Source of the DNA: Anaerolineae bacterium
GTDB taxonomy: Bacteria > Chloroflexota > Anaerolineae > B4-G1 > SLSP01
Assembly (NCBI GenBank): GCA_034437215.1
Contig: DAOTVC010000079.1
Span: 17,845-81,844, forward strand
Direction of reading: 5' to 3'
DNA length: 64,000 nt
Shown here one piece after another: positions 20,189-30,924 of the stretch (its first letter is position 1; each line of letters starts with the position of its first letter). The translations under genes were made by a program, and so were the position numbers. The notes beneath the pieces were generated by a model. That model was not told the origin of the DNA. It saw only the letters and a program-made list of their open reading frames with translations, and did no database searches.

Positions 20189-22210
20189 ATGTTGAACAAA
20201 AAACTGTTAGTACTTACCACCCTTCTGCTGGTGGTAGGCATCCTGATCTCGGCCTGCCAGCCGGAGACCATCGTCGAGACGGTGGTCGTCACCCAGGAGG
20301 GTGAGACGGTGGTAGTCACCGCTACCCCCGACCCCGATGCTGAGGAAGGGGAAGGGGAAGAGGGCGAGGAGCCGATGGAGGGTCCCGTCGTTGGTGGTTC
20401 TGGTGATGTCTATCGCATCGCCGCGCTCTCCGACATGACCACGACCAACATCTGGAAGGCCTACGATCCCGATGCCAGCATCTGGAACTACGCCGTCTAC
20501 ATCAGCAAGTACCCCTCGGCCTACGGCCTGACGACTCACCGCTGGCAGTTTGTGCCCGCGTTGGCCGCGGACTTGCCCACCGACCTGGAAGAGGAAGGTG
20601 ATTTCTGGGTCAGCACGGTGCCGCTGAAGCAGGGCGCCATGTGGAGTGACGGTGCCGAGATCACCGCCGAGGACTGGGCCTGGACGGCCAATGTGGCCCT
20701 CACGCTGGGTCTGAGCGGTAACTGGCAGAGCTACGACGGCGCTTACCTCGACCGCATCGAGGCCGTTGATCCCTACACGGCCAAGCTCTACTACCACACC
20801 AAGCCCGGTCTGGCCCGCCACGAGTACGGCGTTCTCCAGTCCCCGATCCTTTCCAAGGCTTTCTGGGAAGGGATGGTCACGCCTCTGTTGGATCAGTACG
20901 CTGAGATCGCCGACATGGACCCCGAGAGTGAAGAGTTCCTGGCTCAGCGCGAGGAGATCATTCAGGCGCTCTACCAGCTCGACGCTGCGGGCGAGCCCTC
21001 CGGTGGTGCGTGGATCCTCGATCAGTGGGAGCCCGGTGCCTTCTCGGAGGTCGTCAAGAACGATAACTACTTCGACGAAGGTGCGACCTACACCGAGTAC
21101 GAGAACGGCGCCCTCAAGATTACCAGCGCCGATGGTGAGGAGTGGGTGGCCTACGGTGAGGCCGACGGTGAGGTAGCCTACGAGTACGTCGAGGGTCCCT
21201 GGTTCGACAGCACTCTCTTCTCCATCTACAACGCGGATGCCGCTCTGCTGGCCCTTGAGGCCGGTGAGGTGGACTTCATCCTGAACCCCAACGGTCTCAG
21301 CCGTGGTCAGGTCGACCAGGTTGCCGGCGCCGAGAATATCGACTTCACCTCCAACCCCGCCAACGGCTTCCGCTACCTGGGCTTCAACTTCGACGTGCCT
21401 CTCATGGCCGATATTGCGGTCCGCCAGGCCATCGCCTGCCAGATCGACAAGGAGTTCCTGACCCAGAACCTGATGCAGGGTGCGGCCCTCCCCGTGAACA
21501 CCATCGTTCCCGAGAGCAACGCCTACTGGTACAACGCCGATGTCCCCCTCTTCTGCGATGGCATGAATTCGCAGGAGCGCCTCGAGGAGGCCGTGCGCCT
21601 TCTCAGCGAAGCCGGCTACACCTGGGACGTAGAGCCCACCTGGATCGAGGATCGCGGTGGTTCCGCGGAGTGGGGCGAGGGCATGAGGATGCCTGACGGC
21701 ACCCCCGTTGCCGCCGTGGAGCTGTTGGCCCCCAGTGCCGGGTACGACCCCCTGCGCGCCACCGCCGGTGTCTACATCGAGCAGTGGATCAACCAGCTGG
21801 GTATTCCCACCGAGGCCAACCTGACTAACTTCAACAACATCCTGGACATCGTCTTTGGTGGCGGTGAGTGGGATATGTACATCCTGGGTTGGGGCGTGAC
21901 GGCTTACCCTGACTACGCCTGCGACTTCTTCTACAGCGGTGCGGGTTTCAACACGGGTAAATTCAACAACCCCGATTTCGACGCCATGTGCGACGAGTTC
22001 TACGCCGAGACCGATCTGGATACCGCTCAGGAACAGAGCTACGCCATTCAGGAGGTCCTGGCGACCGAACTGCCCTACATCTACCTCTTCACCACCCCCA
22101 TCTACGATGCCTGGCGTTCTGACAACGTCCTGTACCCCTTCCTCGACGTTCCCGACGGCATCGGCGCCGGTGCCTACGGCCTGAAGAGCTTCGTGCAGGC
22201 GGTTCAGTAA
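20189..22210 (+). CDS. Peptide/nickel ABC transporter substrate-binding lipoprotein (family 5)
   Basis: Lipobox LISAC, WSDG..ITAED, GAWILDQW, very acidic; GGAGG SD. Confidence 0.92.
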   Translation: MLNKKLLVLTTLLLVVGILISACQPETIVETVVVTQEGETVVVTATPDPDAEEGEGEEGEEPMEGPVVGGSGDVYRIAALSDMTTTNIWKAYDPDASIWNYAVYISKYPSAYGLTTHRWQFVPALAADLPTDLEEEGDFWVSTVPLKQGAMWSDGAEITAEDWAWTANVALTLGLSGNWQSYDGAYLDRIEAVDPYTAKLYYHTKPGLARHEYGVLQSPILSKAFWEGMVTPLLDQYAEIADMDPESEEFLAQREEIIQALYQLDAAGEPSGGAWILDQWEPGAFSEVVKNDNYFDEGATYTEYENGALKITSADGEEWVAYGEADGEVAYEYVEGPWFDSTLFSIYNADAALLALEAGEVDFILNPNGLSRGQVDQVAGAENIDFTSNPANGFRYLGFNFDVPLMADIAVRQAIACQIDKEFLTQNLMQGAALPVNTIVPESNAYWYNADVPLFCDGMNSQERLEEAVRLLSEAGYTWDVEPTWIEDRGGSAEWGEGMRMPDGTPVAAVELLAPSAGYDPLRATAGVYIEQWINQLGIPTEANLTNFNNILDIVFGGGEWDMYILGWGVTAYPDYACDFFYSGAGFNTGKFNNPDFDAMCDEFYAETDLDTAQEQSYAIQEVLATELPYIYLFTTPIYDAWRSDNVLYPFLDVPDGIGAGAYGLKSFVQAVQ

Positions 22211-22248
22211 TAGGTTAACGCGTCAGTTTTGACGCAGTGAGACAATCC

Positions 22249-22291
22249 GTGGGGGGGCTCGGAGGATTTTCCTCTTCCCCCCCACACTTTA
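22249..22291 (+). terminator. Stem-loop/terminator after the substrate-binding gene
   Basis: GTGGGGGGG...CCCCCCCAC stem followed by ACTTT. Confidence 0.6.
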
Positions 22292-22321
22292 TGCAAAAAG
22301 GAAAAAGGTAGGTGTACTAGG

Positions 22322-23497
22322 ATGGGCAAATATATCCTTAAGCGGAGTGCTCAGATCCTGCTCACACTCTTGATCTTTCAAACATTGCTCTTTCTGATTC
22401 TAACGGCGTTACCGGGCGATATTACCAACCGGCTGTTGACCAATCCGGATATCCCCCCTGAGGTGCGGGAGCGCACCCGGCAGGCTTTAGGGCTGGATCA
22501 GCCTCCCCTGGTGCAGTATGCCAGATGGTTAAGAGGACTCTTCACCGGAGATCTGGGTGTCTCTTATTCCCTGTACCCGACTCCGGTCGTGGATGTTCTC
22601 TTGCAGCGGATTCCCCGCACCCTGACACTCTTTTTCACCGCAACGCTGGTCCAGTTCACCCTCGGCTTTGCCATGGGGCGGGTGCTGGCATGGCGGCGTG
22701 GGGGCGCCTTCGAGTACGGGACGACGCTGGTGGGTGTGCTCCTCTACACCGTCTTCACCCCCTGGTTCGGGTTGATGATGATCTTCATCTTCGGGGCGCG
22801 CCTCAGGTGGCTGCCCCTGGGCAAGTTTCTCGACCCGGGCCTGTGGAGTCGCTTTACTATCGTCGGTCTGGCGGACAACGCCTCGAAAGCGAACTTCGTC
22901 TTTGGTCGCATGATCCTGACCGCCTCGATAGTGCTCGTGCTTTGGATCCTGCTGATGATCTTCACGCGCAACTTGAACGCGGTGCGGCGCCGGCAGACGC
23001 AGCTTGTGGGGACGATTCTGCTCCTTGCGGGCGGTATCGGTTACTGGGCGCTCTCTGACCTGGGGGTGTTGGCCGGAAATATTCTTACCCACATGATTCT
23101 CCCCATCGGGACCGTAACGATGGTGGGTTTCGCCGGTACCATGCTGTTGACCCGCCAGACGATGTTGGAGACCCTGCGGGAGGATTATGTCCAGACCGCG
23201 CGAGCCAAGGGTTTGTCCGAGCGGGTGGTACGGGATAAGCACGCTGCGCGCAACGCCGTGCTCCCCGTCTTCACCAGCCTCATCATCAGCCTGCCCTTTA
23301 CGTTGAGCGGGGGTATCATCACCGAGACCATCTTCTCCTGGCCCGGCATGGGTTTGTTGTTATTGGAGGCCACCGTGGCCGAGGATGTCCCGCTGGTCAT
23401 GGGCGCGCTCAGTTTCATCGGTGTACTTTCGTTATCGGCTCACCTGGTGGCCGACGTTGCCTATGCCTTCCTGGATCCCCGGATCCGGTACAGCTAG
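22322..23497 (+). CDS. OppB/DppB-type permease with extra internal TM segment
   Basis: LGLDQP..QY, GDLG.S, EDYVQTARAKGL EAA motif, ETIFSWPGMG. Confidence 0.93.
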   Translation: MGKYILKRSAQILLTLLIFQTLLFLILTALPGDITNRLLTNPDIPPEVRERTRQALGLDQPPLVQYARWLRGLFTGDLGVSYSLYPTPVVDVLLQRIPRTLTLFFTATLVQFTLGFAMGRVLAWRRGGAFEYGTTLVGVLLYTVFTPWFGLMMIFIFGARLRWLPLGKFLDPGLWSRFTIVGLADNASKANFVFGRMILTASIVLVLWILLMIFTRNLNAVRRRQTQLVGTILLLAGGIGYWALSDLGVLAGNILTHMILPIGTVTMVGFAGTMLLTRQTMLETLREDYVQTARAKGLSERVVRDKHAARNAVLPVFTSLIISLPFTLSGGIITETIFSWPGMGLLLLEATVAEDVPLVMGALSFIGVLSLSAHLVADVAYAFLDPRIRYS

Positions 23498-23511
23498 GAC
23501 TGAGGTGAATT

Positions 23512-24504
23512 ATGAGTGAAACGGTTTACTCTGGCCCGGAAGCAACCCCCTCTCTCTGGCAGATACGCTTGAAGCTCGCCTGGCGCTCCTTCAAGCGCGG
23601 GTGGGCCATGTTCAAAGAGAACCCCATTGGTCTCATTGGACTGGGGATTATCGTCTTCTTTGGCCTGATGGCCATTATGCATCCCGTTCTCATGGGGACC
23701 GTCTGGGAGCAGCGTATCTACGATCCCATCATCGGCTATGACTTCGAGATCCTCGTCCATCCCTCACCACCCAGCTGGCTGCCGCAGCCCGATAACCCCA
23801 TGCATACTCCCTCGTTGCGTCACGTTCTAGGAACGGATCCCTTGGGACGGGACGTCTTGAGCCAGCTGATGTTCAGCACCCAATCGGAGTTTGCGCTGGG
23901 TATTATGGCCGCGCTGGTCACGGTGCTCATCGCTACCACCGCCGGAGCCGTGGCTGCCTACTTCGGGGGGGTGGTCGACGTCGTTCTGATGCGCCTGGCC
24001 GACGTTATCCTGATGCTGCCCTTTATCGCCATCTTGATCGTCTTGAGCTCCATGTTCGACTTCCAGATGATCCACCTGGCGGTGGTCTACGGCCTGCTGG
24101 CAGGCTTTGGCGGCAACACCATCGTCATCAAATCCCAGGCGCTCTCCATCAAGGTGAAGACCTACATCGAGGCGGCACGCATCGCGGGGGGGAACGACTG
24201 GCACATCCTCTTCACCCACCTGGTGCCCAATCTGCTGCCCCTCTCCTTCCTGTACATGATGTTCACGGTGACCAATGCTATCTTCTCCGAGGCGGTCCTC
24301 TCCTTCTTCGGCCTGCTCAACATCCGTATGAGCTGGGGCATCATGATTCAGACGGCCCAGGCAGCCGGATACCTGCTCTCCTCGTGGAAGTACTGGTATC
24401 TGATGTTCCCCGCCGGCTTGGCTATCTCGTTGCTCTGTTCGGCCTTCTATCTCGTGGGCCGGGCCATGGATGAGGTGGTCAACCCGCGGCTACGAAAACG
24501 ATGA
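23512..24504 (+). CDS. OppC/DppC-type permease
   Basis: HVLGTDPLGRD, YIEAARIAGG, HLVPN, SWG. Confidence 0.93.
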   Translation: MSETVYSGPEATPSLWQIRLKLAWRSFKRGWAMFKENPIGLIGLGIIVFFGLMAIMHPVLMGTVWEQRIYDPIIGYDFEILVHPSPPSWLPQPDNPMHTPSLRHVLGTDPLGRDVLSQLMFSTQSEFALGIMAALVTVLIATTAGAVAAYFGGVVDVVLMRLADVILMLPFIAILIVLSSMFDFQMIHLAVVYGLLAGFGGNTIVIKSQALSIKVKTYIEAARIAGGNDWHILFTHLVPNLLPLSFLYMMFTVTNAIFSEAVLSFFGLLNIRMSWGIMIQTAQAAGYLLSSWKYWYLMFPAGLAISLLCSAFYLVGRAMDEVVNPRLRKR

Positions 24505-24512
24505 GGAAGACA

Positions 24513-25523
24513 ATGGCAGAAAAAAACATCCTTTCAGTAGAAAATCTAGTGATGCACTACTCGACGCGCAAGGGCGACGTCTCTGCCGTCGACGGCGTGA
24601 GTTTCGCCCTGCAGCAGGGACACTCGCTGGGGTTGGTCGGAGAGTCCGGTTGCGGCAAGACCTCGGTGGCCTTCTCTCTCATGCGATTGTTGCCCGAAAA
24701 CGCCCGTATCAAGGACGGGGCCATCTTCATTGATGGTCAGGATATCGTCTCGATGAACAAGGAGCAGCTACTCAACGTCCGCTGGAACCGCATCGCGATG
24801 GTCTTCCAGGCGGCGATGAACGCCATGAACCCCGTCTACCGGGTCGGGGAGCAGATCATCGAGGCGCTCGACCTGCACGTGGGGGTGATGTCGAAGGCGC
24901 AGGCCCGGGAGCGAGTGGCGCAGCTCTTTGAACTGGTGGGGTTGGACCCGGAGCTCATGGATCGTTATCCGCACGAGTTCAGCGGCGGCATGCGCCAGCG
25001 CGCGATCATCGCCATGGCTCTCTCCTGCAATCCCGACATCATCATCGCCGATGAGCCGACGACGGCGCTGGACGTTATCGTTCAGGATCGGATCCTGAAG
25101 GAGCTGAAGGGGATCCAGAAGCAGCTCGGGATGAGCATGATCTACATTTCCCACGATATCGCGGTGATCGCCGAGGTGAGCGACCACATCGGGGTGATGT
25201 ACGCGGGACGTATGGCGGAGCTGGCTGATGCTGTGGACATCTTCGAGCGTCCGCTGCATCCCTACACCTATGCGCTGATGCGGGCCTTCCCCAGCATCAT
25301 CGGTGAGAAGCACGAGCTGGTCACGCTGCCGGGTGAGCCGCCGGATCTGCTCTATCCCCCTTCCGGCTGCCGTTTCCATCCCCGCTGCCCCAATGCGACG
25401 GAGATCTGTCGCGAGCAGCAGCCCCCCTTCGAGGAGAAAGAGCCGGGTCACTTCGTGGCCTGCTGGAATCCTGTGTCTGCGGGAGCGAAGGGCAGTCTAC
25501 GAGATAAGCCGGAGGTGAAATAA
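24513..25523 (+). CDS. OppD/DppD ABC ATPase
   Basis: [37 protein letters not shown]. Confidence 0.95.
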   Translation: MAEKNILSVENLVMHYSTRKGDVSAVDGVSFALQQGHSLGLVGESGCGKTSVAFSLMRLLPENARIKDGAIFIDGQDIVSMNKEQLLNVRWNRIAMVFQAAMNAMNPVYRVGEQIIEALDLHVGVMSKAQARERVAQLFELVGLDPELMDRYPHEFSGGMRQRAIIAMALSCNPDIIIADEPTTALDVIVQDRILKELKGIQKQLGMSMIYISHDIAVIAEVSDHIGVMYAGRMAELADAVDIFERPLHPYTYALMRAFPSIIGEKHELVTLPGEPPDLLYPPSGCRFHPRCPNATEICREQQPPFEEKEPGHFVACWNPVSAGAKGSLRDKPEVK

Positions 25524-26522
25524 ATGGTGGACAAGAACAAACCCCTGGTGCGCGTTGAGGAGCTACAGAAGTACTTCCCCGTGGGGGGGGGCTTCTTCAA
25601 GCGCAGCACCGACTTCATTCACGCCGTGGATGGTGTCTCTTTTGACATCATGCCCGGTGACTCTTTGGGATTGGTAGGCGAATCGGGCTGTGGGAAGACG
25701 ACGACGGGCAAGTTGCTCGTCCGCCTCTACGAGCCCACCGGTGGTCACATCCTGATTCAGGATGGGTCGGGAGAGCTCGAGGATATCGCGTACCGGCAGG
25801 GCAGCGGACTCAAGGCCTTCCGTAAGCAGGTGCAGATGATCTTCCAGGACCCTTATGAATCCCTTAACCCGCGGCGTACCATCTACGACACGGTAGCGGA
25901 GCCTTTGGCGGTTCAGGGCATGGGCACGGTGCCGGAGCGTGAGGAGCGCGTGGCTTCTCTTTTGGAGCGGGTGGGCCTGACGCCTGCCACGAGCTTCATG
26001 TTCCGCTTTCCCCACGAGCTCTCCGGTGGTCAGCGCCAGCGGGTCGCCATCGCGCGCGCCCTGGTCGTCGATCCCGTCTTCATCGCCGCCGACGAGCCGA
26101 CATCGATGCTCGACGTCTCCATTCGTACCGGTGTGATGAATCTGATGATGGAGTTGGCCGATGAGTTGGGGGTGAGCTATCTCTATATCACCCACGACCT
26201 GGCGGTCGCCCGCTACATGTGCCAGCGTATCGCCGTCATGTACCTGGGCAAGCTCGTGGAGCTGGCCCCGACGGAGGAGCTGCTCTCCCATCCGCTGCAC
26301 CCCTACACGCGGGCGCTCATCTCGGCGGTACCCATTCCCGATCCCCGAACCAAGCGCCAGACCATCGACATCAAGGGCGGGGTCAGTGCACCCATTAACC
26401 CCCCGTCCCTCTGTCGTTTCTACGAACGCTGTCCTTTGGGCGATGAGGTCTGTGCCAATCAGCCTCACCCGCCTCTGGAGGATAAGGGGGGGGGGCACTA
26501 CGTCGCCTGCTATCACGTCTGA
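25524..26522 (+). CDS. OppF/DppF ABC ATPase
   Basis: [36 protein letters not shown]. Confidence 0.95.
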   Translation: MVDKNKPLVRVEELQKYFPVGGGFFKRSTDFIHAVDGVSFDIMPGDSLGLVGESGCGKTTTGKLLVRLYEPTGGHILIQDGSGELEDIAYRQGSGLKAFRKQVQMIFQDPYESLNPRRTIYDTVAEPLAVQGMGTVPEREERVASLLERVGLTPATSFMFRFPHELSGGQRQRVAIARALVVDPVFIAADEPTSMLDVSIRTGVMNLMMELADELGVSYLYITHDLAVARYMCQRIAVMYLGKLVELAPTEELLSHPLHPYTRALISAVPIPDPRTKRQTIDIKGGVSAPINPPSLCRFYERCPLGDEVCANQPHPPLEDKGGGHYVACYHV

Positions 26523-26577
26523 TACCTCCCTGGAAGCCGCGAGAGGCACGGCTTGCGACACTTGTGCGTGCTCAAGC

Positions 26578-26614
26578 AGCGGATGGAAACACAGACGTGT
26601 TTCCATCCGCTTTG
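26578..26614 (+). terminator. Perfect 15-bp hairpin after the second ATPase gene
   Basis: AGCGGATGGAAACAC-AGAC-GTGTTTCCATCCGCT then TT. Confidence 0.7.
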
Positions 26615-26675
26615 TATAGAGAGACCCGCCCGGGAAAGGGGTGGGTCATCGTTCAGGTGTAGCCGGGAGTTGAGA

Positions 26676-28445
26676 ATGCGGAACTTATGGGGCGTTAGGT
26701 TGAAGTACGTCTTACTGCTGGCGGCGCTCTTGCTGCTCAGCGGGTGCGACGCTCGCGTGCACACGGACCGGATCTCCGATGTCTGGGGCCGGGGGCGTCT
26801 TCTGGGTAGGGCCTCCGGGGCCACGGCGGTGGGGTTGGGTCCCTTTCCCGACGGCGAGCATGTGGCGGTGGCCTGGATCGAGCGTCTGGAGGAGAGCGCC
26901 GAGGAGGCCCTCCACCTCCTGATTCTCGAGGCAGGGGGCGAGGTCGTGGTGGATGAATTCGTCGCCCCGGTCGCGCTTCCGGGTGCGGATGTCAGCCTGC
27001 TCGTCGGTGACGGGGACACTCTCCACCTGCTTTGGACGTCGGGTAGGAAGGGCGAGCGCGCCCTCTGGCACCTCCAACTGCCCGATGTCCTGGGCCTGGA
27101 TGCGGCAGCTCTGGAGGCGCTACAACCGGTAGAGATCACGCCTGCCGAGCGCTCTGTGGCGGGTTACGAAGCGGCGTGGCATCCCGACCGGGGGCTCGTC
27201 GTGCTCTGGCAGGATGCGCGGGGTGAGCTACTGCTCTGGAGAGGAGACGAGTCCGTGCTGCTCCTCGATCAGGTGCTCGCCCTGGATTTCCAACTGGACG
27301 CTGCCGGGCTGGGGCACGTCGCCTGGTCGACGCGCCTTGAAGGTGCCCGGGGAGCTATCTATCAGGCCTTCCTCGACACCGAGACCGGGTCCCTTTCGGA
27401 GCCCCGCGAGGTGATGGCCCAGGTCTTCGGCGGGCGCAACCCCTCCCTGGAGTCTGTGGGGGGGCCAACACTGATCCTCGAGGAGGGCGAGATCTACGTC
27501 AGCTGGACCCAGCTCGCCATGATGGGGAACCAGTCCCAGCAGCAGCTCTTCACCGTCGTCCTCCCCGCTTGGGGCGAGGCCGGCGAGCCCTCTCCTCCTC
27601 TCTTCGTTGGCCTCTCACCACGTTTTCCGCCCCCGCTGCAGCCCCTTGAGGGCCCCTTTCCTTATCGAGCTCTGGCGAACACCGAGGAGAACGTGATGCG
27701 CTCGACCTCCGTGGGACGTGCACCTCACGCTCTCCGGGGGCAACATGCTGAAGCGGTCGTGGCAGTCTCCGCTCTCTACCGTACCCGCAGCCGCGAGGAG
27801 TTCCAACCCACGCTCATCTATCTCCGGGATGGCGAGGTTCTGGGCTATGAGCCGGCCGTTTGGACCTCCCAACTCTCGCTCAATCCTGTTGTGCGGGCCG
27901 ATGAGGATCAGAACCTCTATCTGGCGTGGGTGGATGCGGTAGGGGGGAGTTATCGCTACCCTCTCTACTTAGCGACGACCAACCCGTCATTACAGGCTAC
28001 GTGGGATCAGCTGGTGGAGCAGGACCTGTTGGTGATCCTGGGGGACTGGCTGAATCGGATCGCGGGAGGTGTCTTTATTGGGACGTTCTTGACGATCTGG
28101 CTGATGGTCCCTCTGCCTTGGTTGATCTTCTCCCTGGCCACGGGCAGCGCCTACGGCAACCGAGCGCGGGTTGCATTTCTTGTGGGCCTCTTGATCTACT
28201 GGAGCTCCAAGTACTACCTGGGGTCGGTAGTGCTGACCTACATACCGGGCCTCTATTGGCTCTCGCCTGGCTGGGCAGGGGCGTTGGTCCATGGTCTGCC
28301 GCTGGCGATCTTGTTTGTGGCGCTGGTGCTGGTGCGACTCCTCTTTATCCGTCGCGATAGGGAGTTTGATCTGGTGCGTGTCTTTGGCACCGTTGTCATC
28401 ATCGACTGGGTGCTCTCCAATCTCGTCTATGCGATTGGTTACTGA
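26676..28445 (+). CDS. Hypothetical lipoprotein with large extracytoplasmic region and about 4-5 C-terminal TM helices
   Basis: Lipobox LLSGC after a hydrophobic stretch; hydrophobic C-terminal ~140 aa. Confidence 0.75.
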   Translation: MRNLWGVRLKYVLLLAALLLLSGCDARVHTDRISDVWGRGRLLGRASGATAVGLGPFPDGEHVAVAWIERLEESAEEALHLLILEAGGEVVVDEFVAPVALPGADVSLLVGDGDTLHLLWTSGRKGERALWHLQLPDVLGLDAAALEALQPVEITPAERSVAGYEAAWHPDRGLVVLWQDARGELLLWRGDESVLLLDQVLALDFQLDAAGLGHVAWSTRLEGARGAIYQAFLDTETGSLSEPREVMAQVFGGRNPSLESVGGPTLILEEGEIYVSWTQLAMMGNQSQQQLFTVVLPAWGEAGEPSPPLFVGLSPRFPPPLQPLEGPFPYRALANTEENVMRSTSVGRAPHALRGQHAEAVVAVSALYRTRSREEFQPTLIYLRDGEVLGYEPAVWTSQLSLNPVVRADEDQNLYLAWVDAVGGSYRYPLYLATTNPSLQATWDQLVEQDLLVILGDWLNRIAGGVFIGTFLTIWLMVPLPWLIFSLATGSAYGNRARVAFLVGLLIYWSSKYYLGSVVLTYIPGLYWLSPGWAGALVHGLPLAILFVALVLVRLLFIRRDREFDLVRVFGTVVIIDWVLSNLVYAIGY

Positions 28446-28693
28446 GGGCACTCCTGTGTGTCGGTGGGTACAGAGGGAAGGAGGTGGCCAACGGAAGCTC
28501 CATTCGAAGGACCATCGGGGAAGGGTGGTGTATCACGAGGATGGGGTCTGCATCTCGGTACTTTTCATCGAGAGAGCTTTGCTTGCGTCGACAATCCTTA
28601 GGGAGCGAGGAGGATGATCCTCGCCGGCCGTCCAGACCAGAGTGCGGCTGGTGCGGGCCATTCTGTGGGGTCCCTTTAGCAGGAGGCTATCTC

Positions 28694-29881
28694 ATGGTAC
28701 GTTATCTGCTTCGCAGAGTGTTCTCAAGCTTGATAGCACTCTTCGTCTTTCTCACCTTCATGTTCTTTGTCGTGCAAGCGATGATTCCCGGCGACTTCAC
28801 CACGCAGTTCTCTCAGGCGTTAACCGCTGAAGAGCGGGAGGAGCTGCGGTCGGAACTGGGTATCGATCAACCTCTTTTCACCCAATATGTGCGCTGGATG
28901 GGGCACCTGGTGCGGGGAGACTTGGGCCGTTCTCTGTACGGCTTTCCGGTCGTTCAACAGCTGAAGAACGTCATCCCCTATACGCTGCTCGTCTTTTTAA
29001 CCGGAACGCTACTCGCCTTTCTCCTGGGTCTGTGGTTGGGTAAGGTGGTCGCCTGGCAGGGCTCGGGAATTTTGACGGGAGCGACGGTTACGACTGCTAT
29101 CTCCCTCTACACCGCTTTCCCTCCCTGGCTGGCTTTTCTGGTGACCTACTTCTTTGCCCGGCGGTTGAATATGGCCCGCGATCCCTTCAGCTACGGCAAG
29201 CGCTTAGGTGGAGCGACGCATTGGGAGTTAGGAGTCTGGTATAATGCGCCCCTCTCACCGCAGCAAGTTGCGCTGCGGGCGGTGGTGAGTTTCATAGCGG
29301 TGGCGGCTCTGCTCTTTTTGATCGACTCCCTGATGCAGCGGCAGTGGAAACGGCGTCTACCCGTGCCGCTGGCCCTGGTGCTCTTCCTTGGAGGGGTGGT
29401 CGGTAGCTGGCACGCTTTTGGGTTTGCGCCTCTCGCTCTGGATATCATGATTGTTGCTGGCATCCCCATCATCACCTACGTCTTGCTCTCCTTCGGTGAG
29501 ACGATGTTGATCATGCGTACGAGCATGATAGACACGTTGAAGGAGGAGTACGTGCTCACCGCCCAGGCGAAGGGGTTGCCGGATCGGGTGGTGCGCAACA
29601 GGCACGCGGCTCGCAATGCGCTCCTGCCCGTTCTGAGTCGCTTTGTGGTCAGTTTCCCCTACATGCTTACCGGTCTGGTGATCATTGAGGATACCCTGGA
29701 TTGGCCCGGGATCAGCAAGGCCCTCTTCGACGCCCTCTATCAGCAGGATATGCCCGTCGTGATGGGGGCTCTGTTGCTGGTGGGGGTGCTCTCTGCCGTA
29801 GCTCGCCTTGCCCTCGACGTGGTCGCTGCGTACCTCGACCCCCGCATCCGCTTCGATGCGGCTCATTCCTGGAGGCTCTGA
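28694..29881 (+). CDS. Second OppB/DppB-type permease
   Basis: LGIDQP..QY, GDLGRS, EEYVLTAQAKGL; AGGAGG SD. Confidence 0.92.
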   Translation: MVRYLLRRVFSSLIALFVFLTFMFFVVQAMIPGDFTTQFSQALTAEEREELRSELGIDQPLFTQYVRWMGHLVRGDLGRSLYGFPVVQQLKNVIPYTLLVFLTGTLLAFLLGLWLGKVVAWQGSGILTGATVTTAISLYTAFPPWLAFLVTYFFARRLNMARDPFSYGKRLGGATHWELGVWYNAPLSPQQVALRAVVSFIAVAALLFLIDSLMQRQWKRRLPVPLALVLFLGGVVGSWHAFGFAPLALDIMIVAGIPIITYVLLSFGETMLIMRTSMIDTLKEEYVLTAQAKGLPDRVVRNRHAARNALLPVLSRFVVSFPYMLTGLVIIEDTLDWPGISKALFDALYQQDMPVVMGALLLVGVLSAVARLALDVVAAYLDPRIRFDAAHSWRL

Positions 29882-30852
29882 TGACAAGCGCAGACTTTGC
29901 AAACGAGGGCACCAGCCTTCAACGGACACCGTGGGAGCGGCGGAAGGAACGTCTGGCGGCCGGCTGGCGACAGCTCAAGGGCAACTGGCGTCTCTATGCC
30001 CAGAATCCTATGGGCATTGTCGGGGTAGCCATCGTGATCTTCTTCGGAATCCTGGCGATGTTGCATCCCCTCCTGATGGCGACCGTCTGGGAGCCGCGGA
30101 TCTTCGATCCCCTCACCGGGTATGACTTCCAGATCCTTAACCATCCGGCACCTCCTTCGGGGCGCCACCTGCTGGGTACCGACTCCCTGGGGCACGACGT
30201 GCTGAGCGTCTTGCTGGCGGCGACCACACCGGCGTTCAAGGTCGGGATTACCGCAGCCCTCACCACGGCGATCCTGGGGATGACCGTTGGAGTGGTGGCG
30301 GCCTTCTACAAGGGCCTCGTTGACATGGTCCTCCTGCACATTGCCGATGCTTTCCTGCTGCTTCCCGCACCGCTGTTCATGGTCATCGTGGGTATGCGCT
30401 TCACGGATCTGGGGCCTGTCCCCCTGGGATTGATCTATGGTGTTATCGCCGGCACCGGTGGTGCTGCTATTGTCCTCCGCTCTCAGGCTCTGGCGGTGAT
30501 AGCCAAACCCTTCATCCAGGCCGCGCGGATAGCAGGCGGGGGCAGCCGTCACATCATGTTCGTACACGTCGTGCCCCACATGCTGCCCTTGACCGCTCTC
30601 TACATGATGCTCGCTGTAACCGGGGCGGTGGTGGCCGACGCCTTCATCGCGTTCTTCGGCTTCTCGCGCACCTATCTCAACTGGGGAACGATGATCTACA
30701 ACAGTTTGGTCTACTCTTCCACGTTGGGTACGGGCGTTCAGTGGCACGTGCTTCTGCCCCCTGCGCTGGCCCTCTCCATCTTCGCCGCGGGATTCTACCT
30801 GATCGCGCGTGCTCTGCACCGGGTGGCCGATCCGCGTCTACGAGCGCGTTAG
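29881..30852 (+). CDS. Second OppC/DppC-type permease
   Basis: TGATG overlap with upstream gene; HLLGTD.LG.D, FIQAARIAGG, HVVPH; paralog of 23512-24504. Confidence 0.92.
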   Translation: MTSADFANEGTSLQRTPWERRKERLAAGWRQLKGNWRLYAQNPMGIVGVAIVIFFGILAMLHPLLMATVWEPRIFDPLTGYDFQILNHPAPPSGRHLLGTDSLGHDVLSVLLAATTPAFKVGITAALTTAILGMTVGVVAAFYKGLVDMVLLHIADAFLLLPAPLFMVIVGMRFTDLGPVPLGLIYGVIAGTGGAAIVLRSQALAVIAKPFIQAARIAGGGSRHIMFVHVVPHMLPLTALYMMLAVTGAVVADAFIAFFGFSRTYLNWGTMIYNSLVYSSTLGTGVQWHVLLPPALALSIFAAGFYLIARALHRVADPRLRAR

Positions 30853-30872
30853 GCGTTATCCTCTCAAGTGCC

Positions 30873-30904
30873 GGAGGCCGGCTGCAATACGCAAGCCGGC
30901 CTCC
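30873..30904. terminator. Hairpin between convergent permease and binding-protein genes
   Basis: GGAGGCCGGCT-N10-AGCCGGCCTCC. Confidence 0.65.
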
Positions 30905-30924
30905 TGTGCGTTGTGGCCTCAGGG

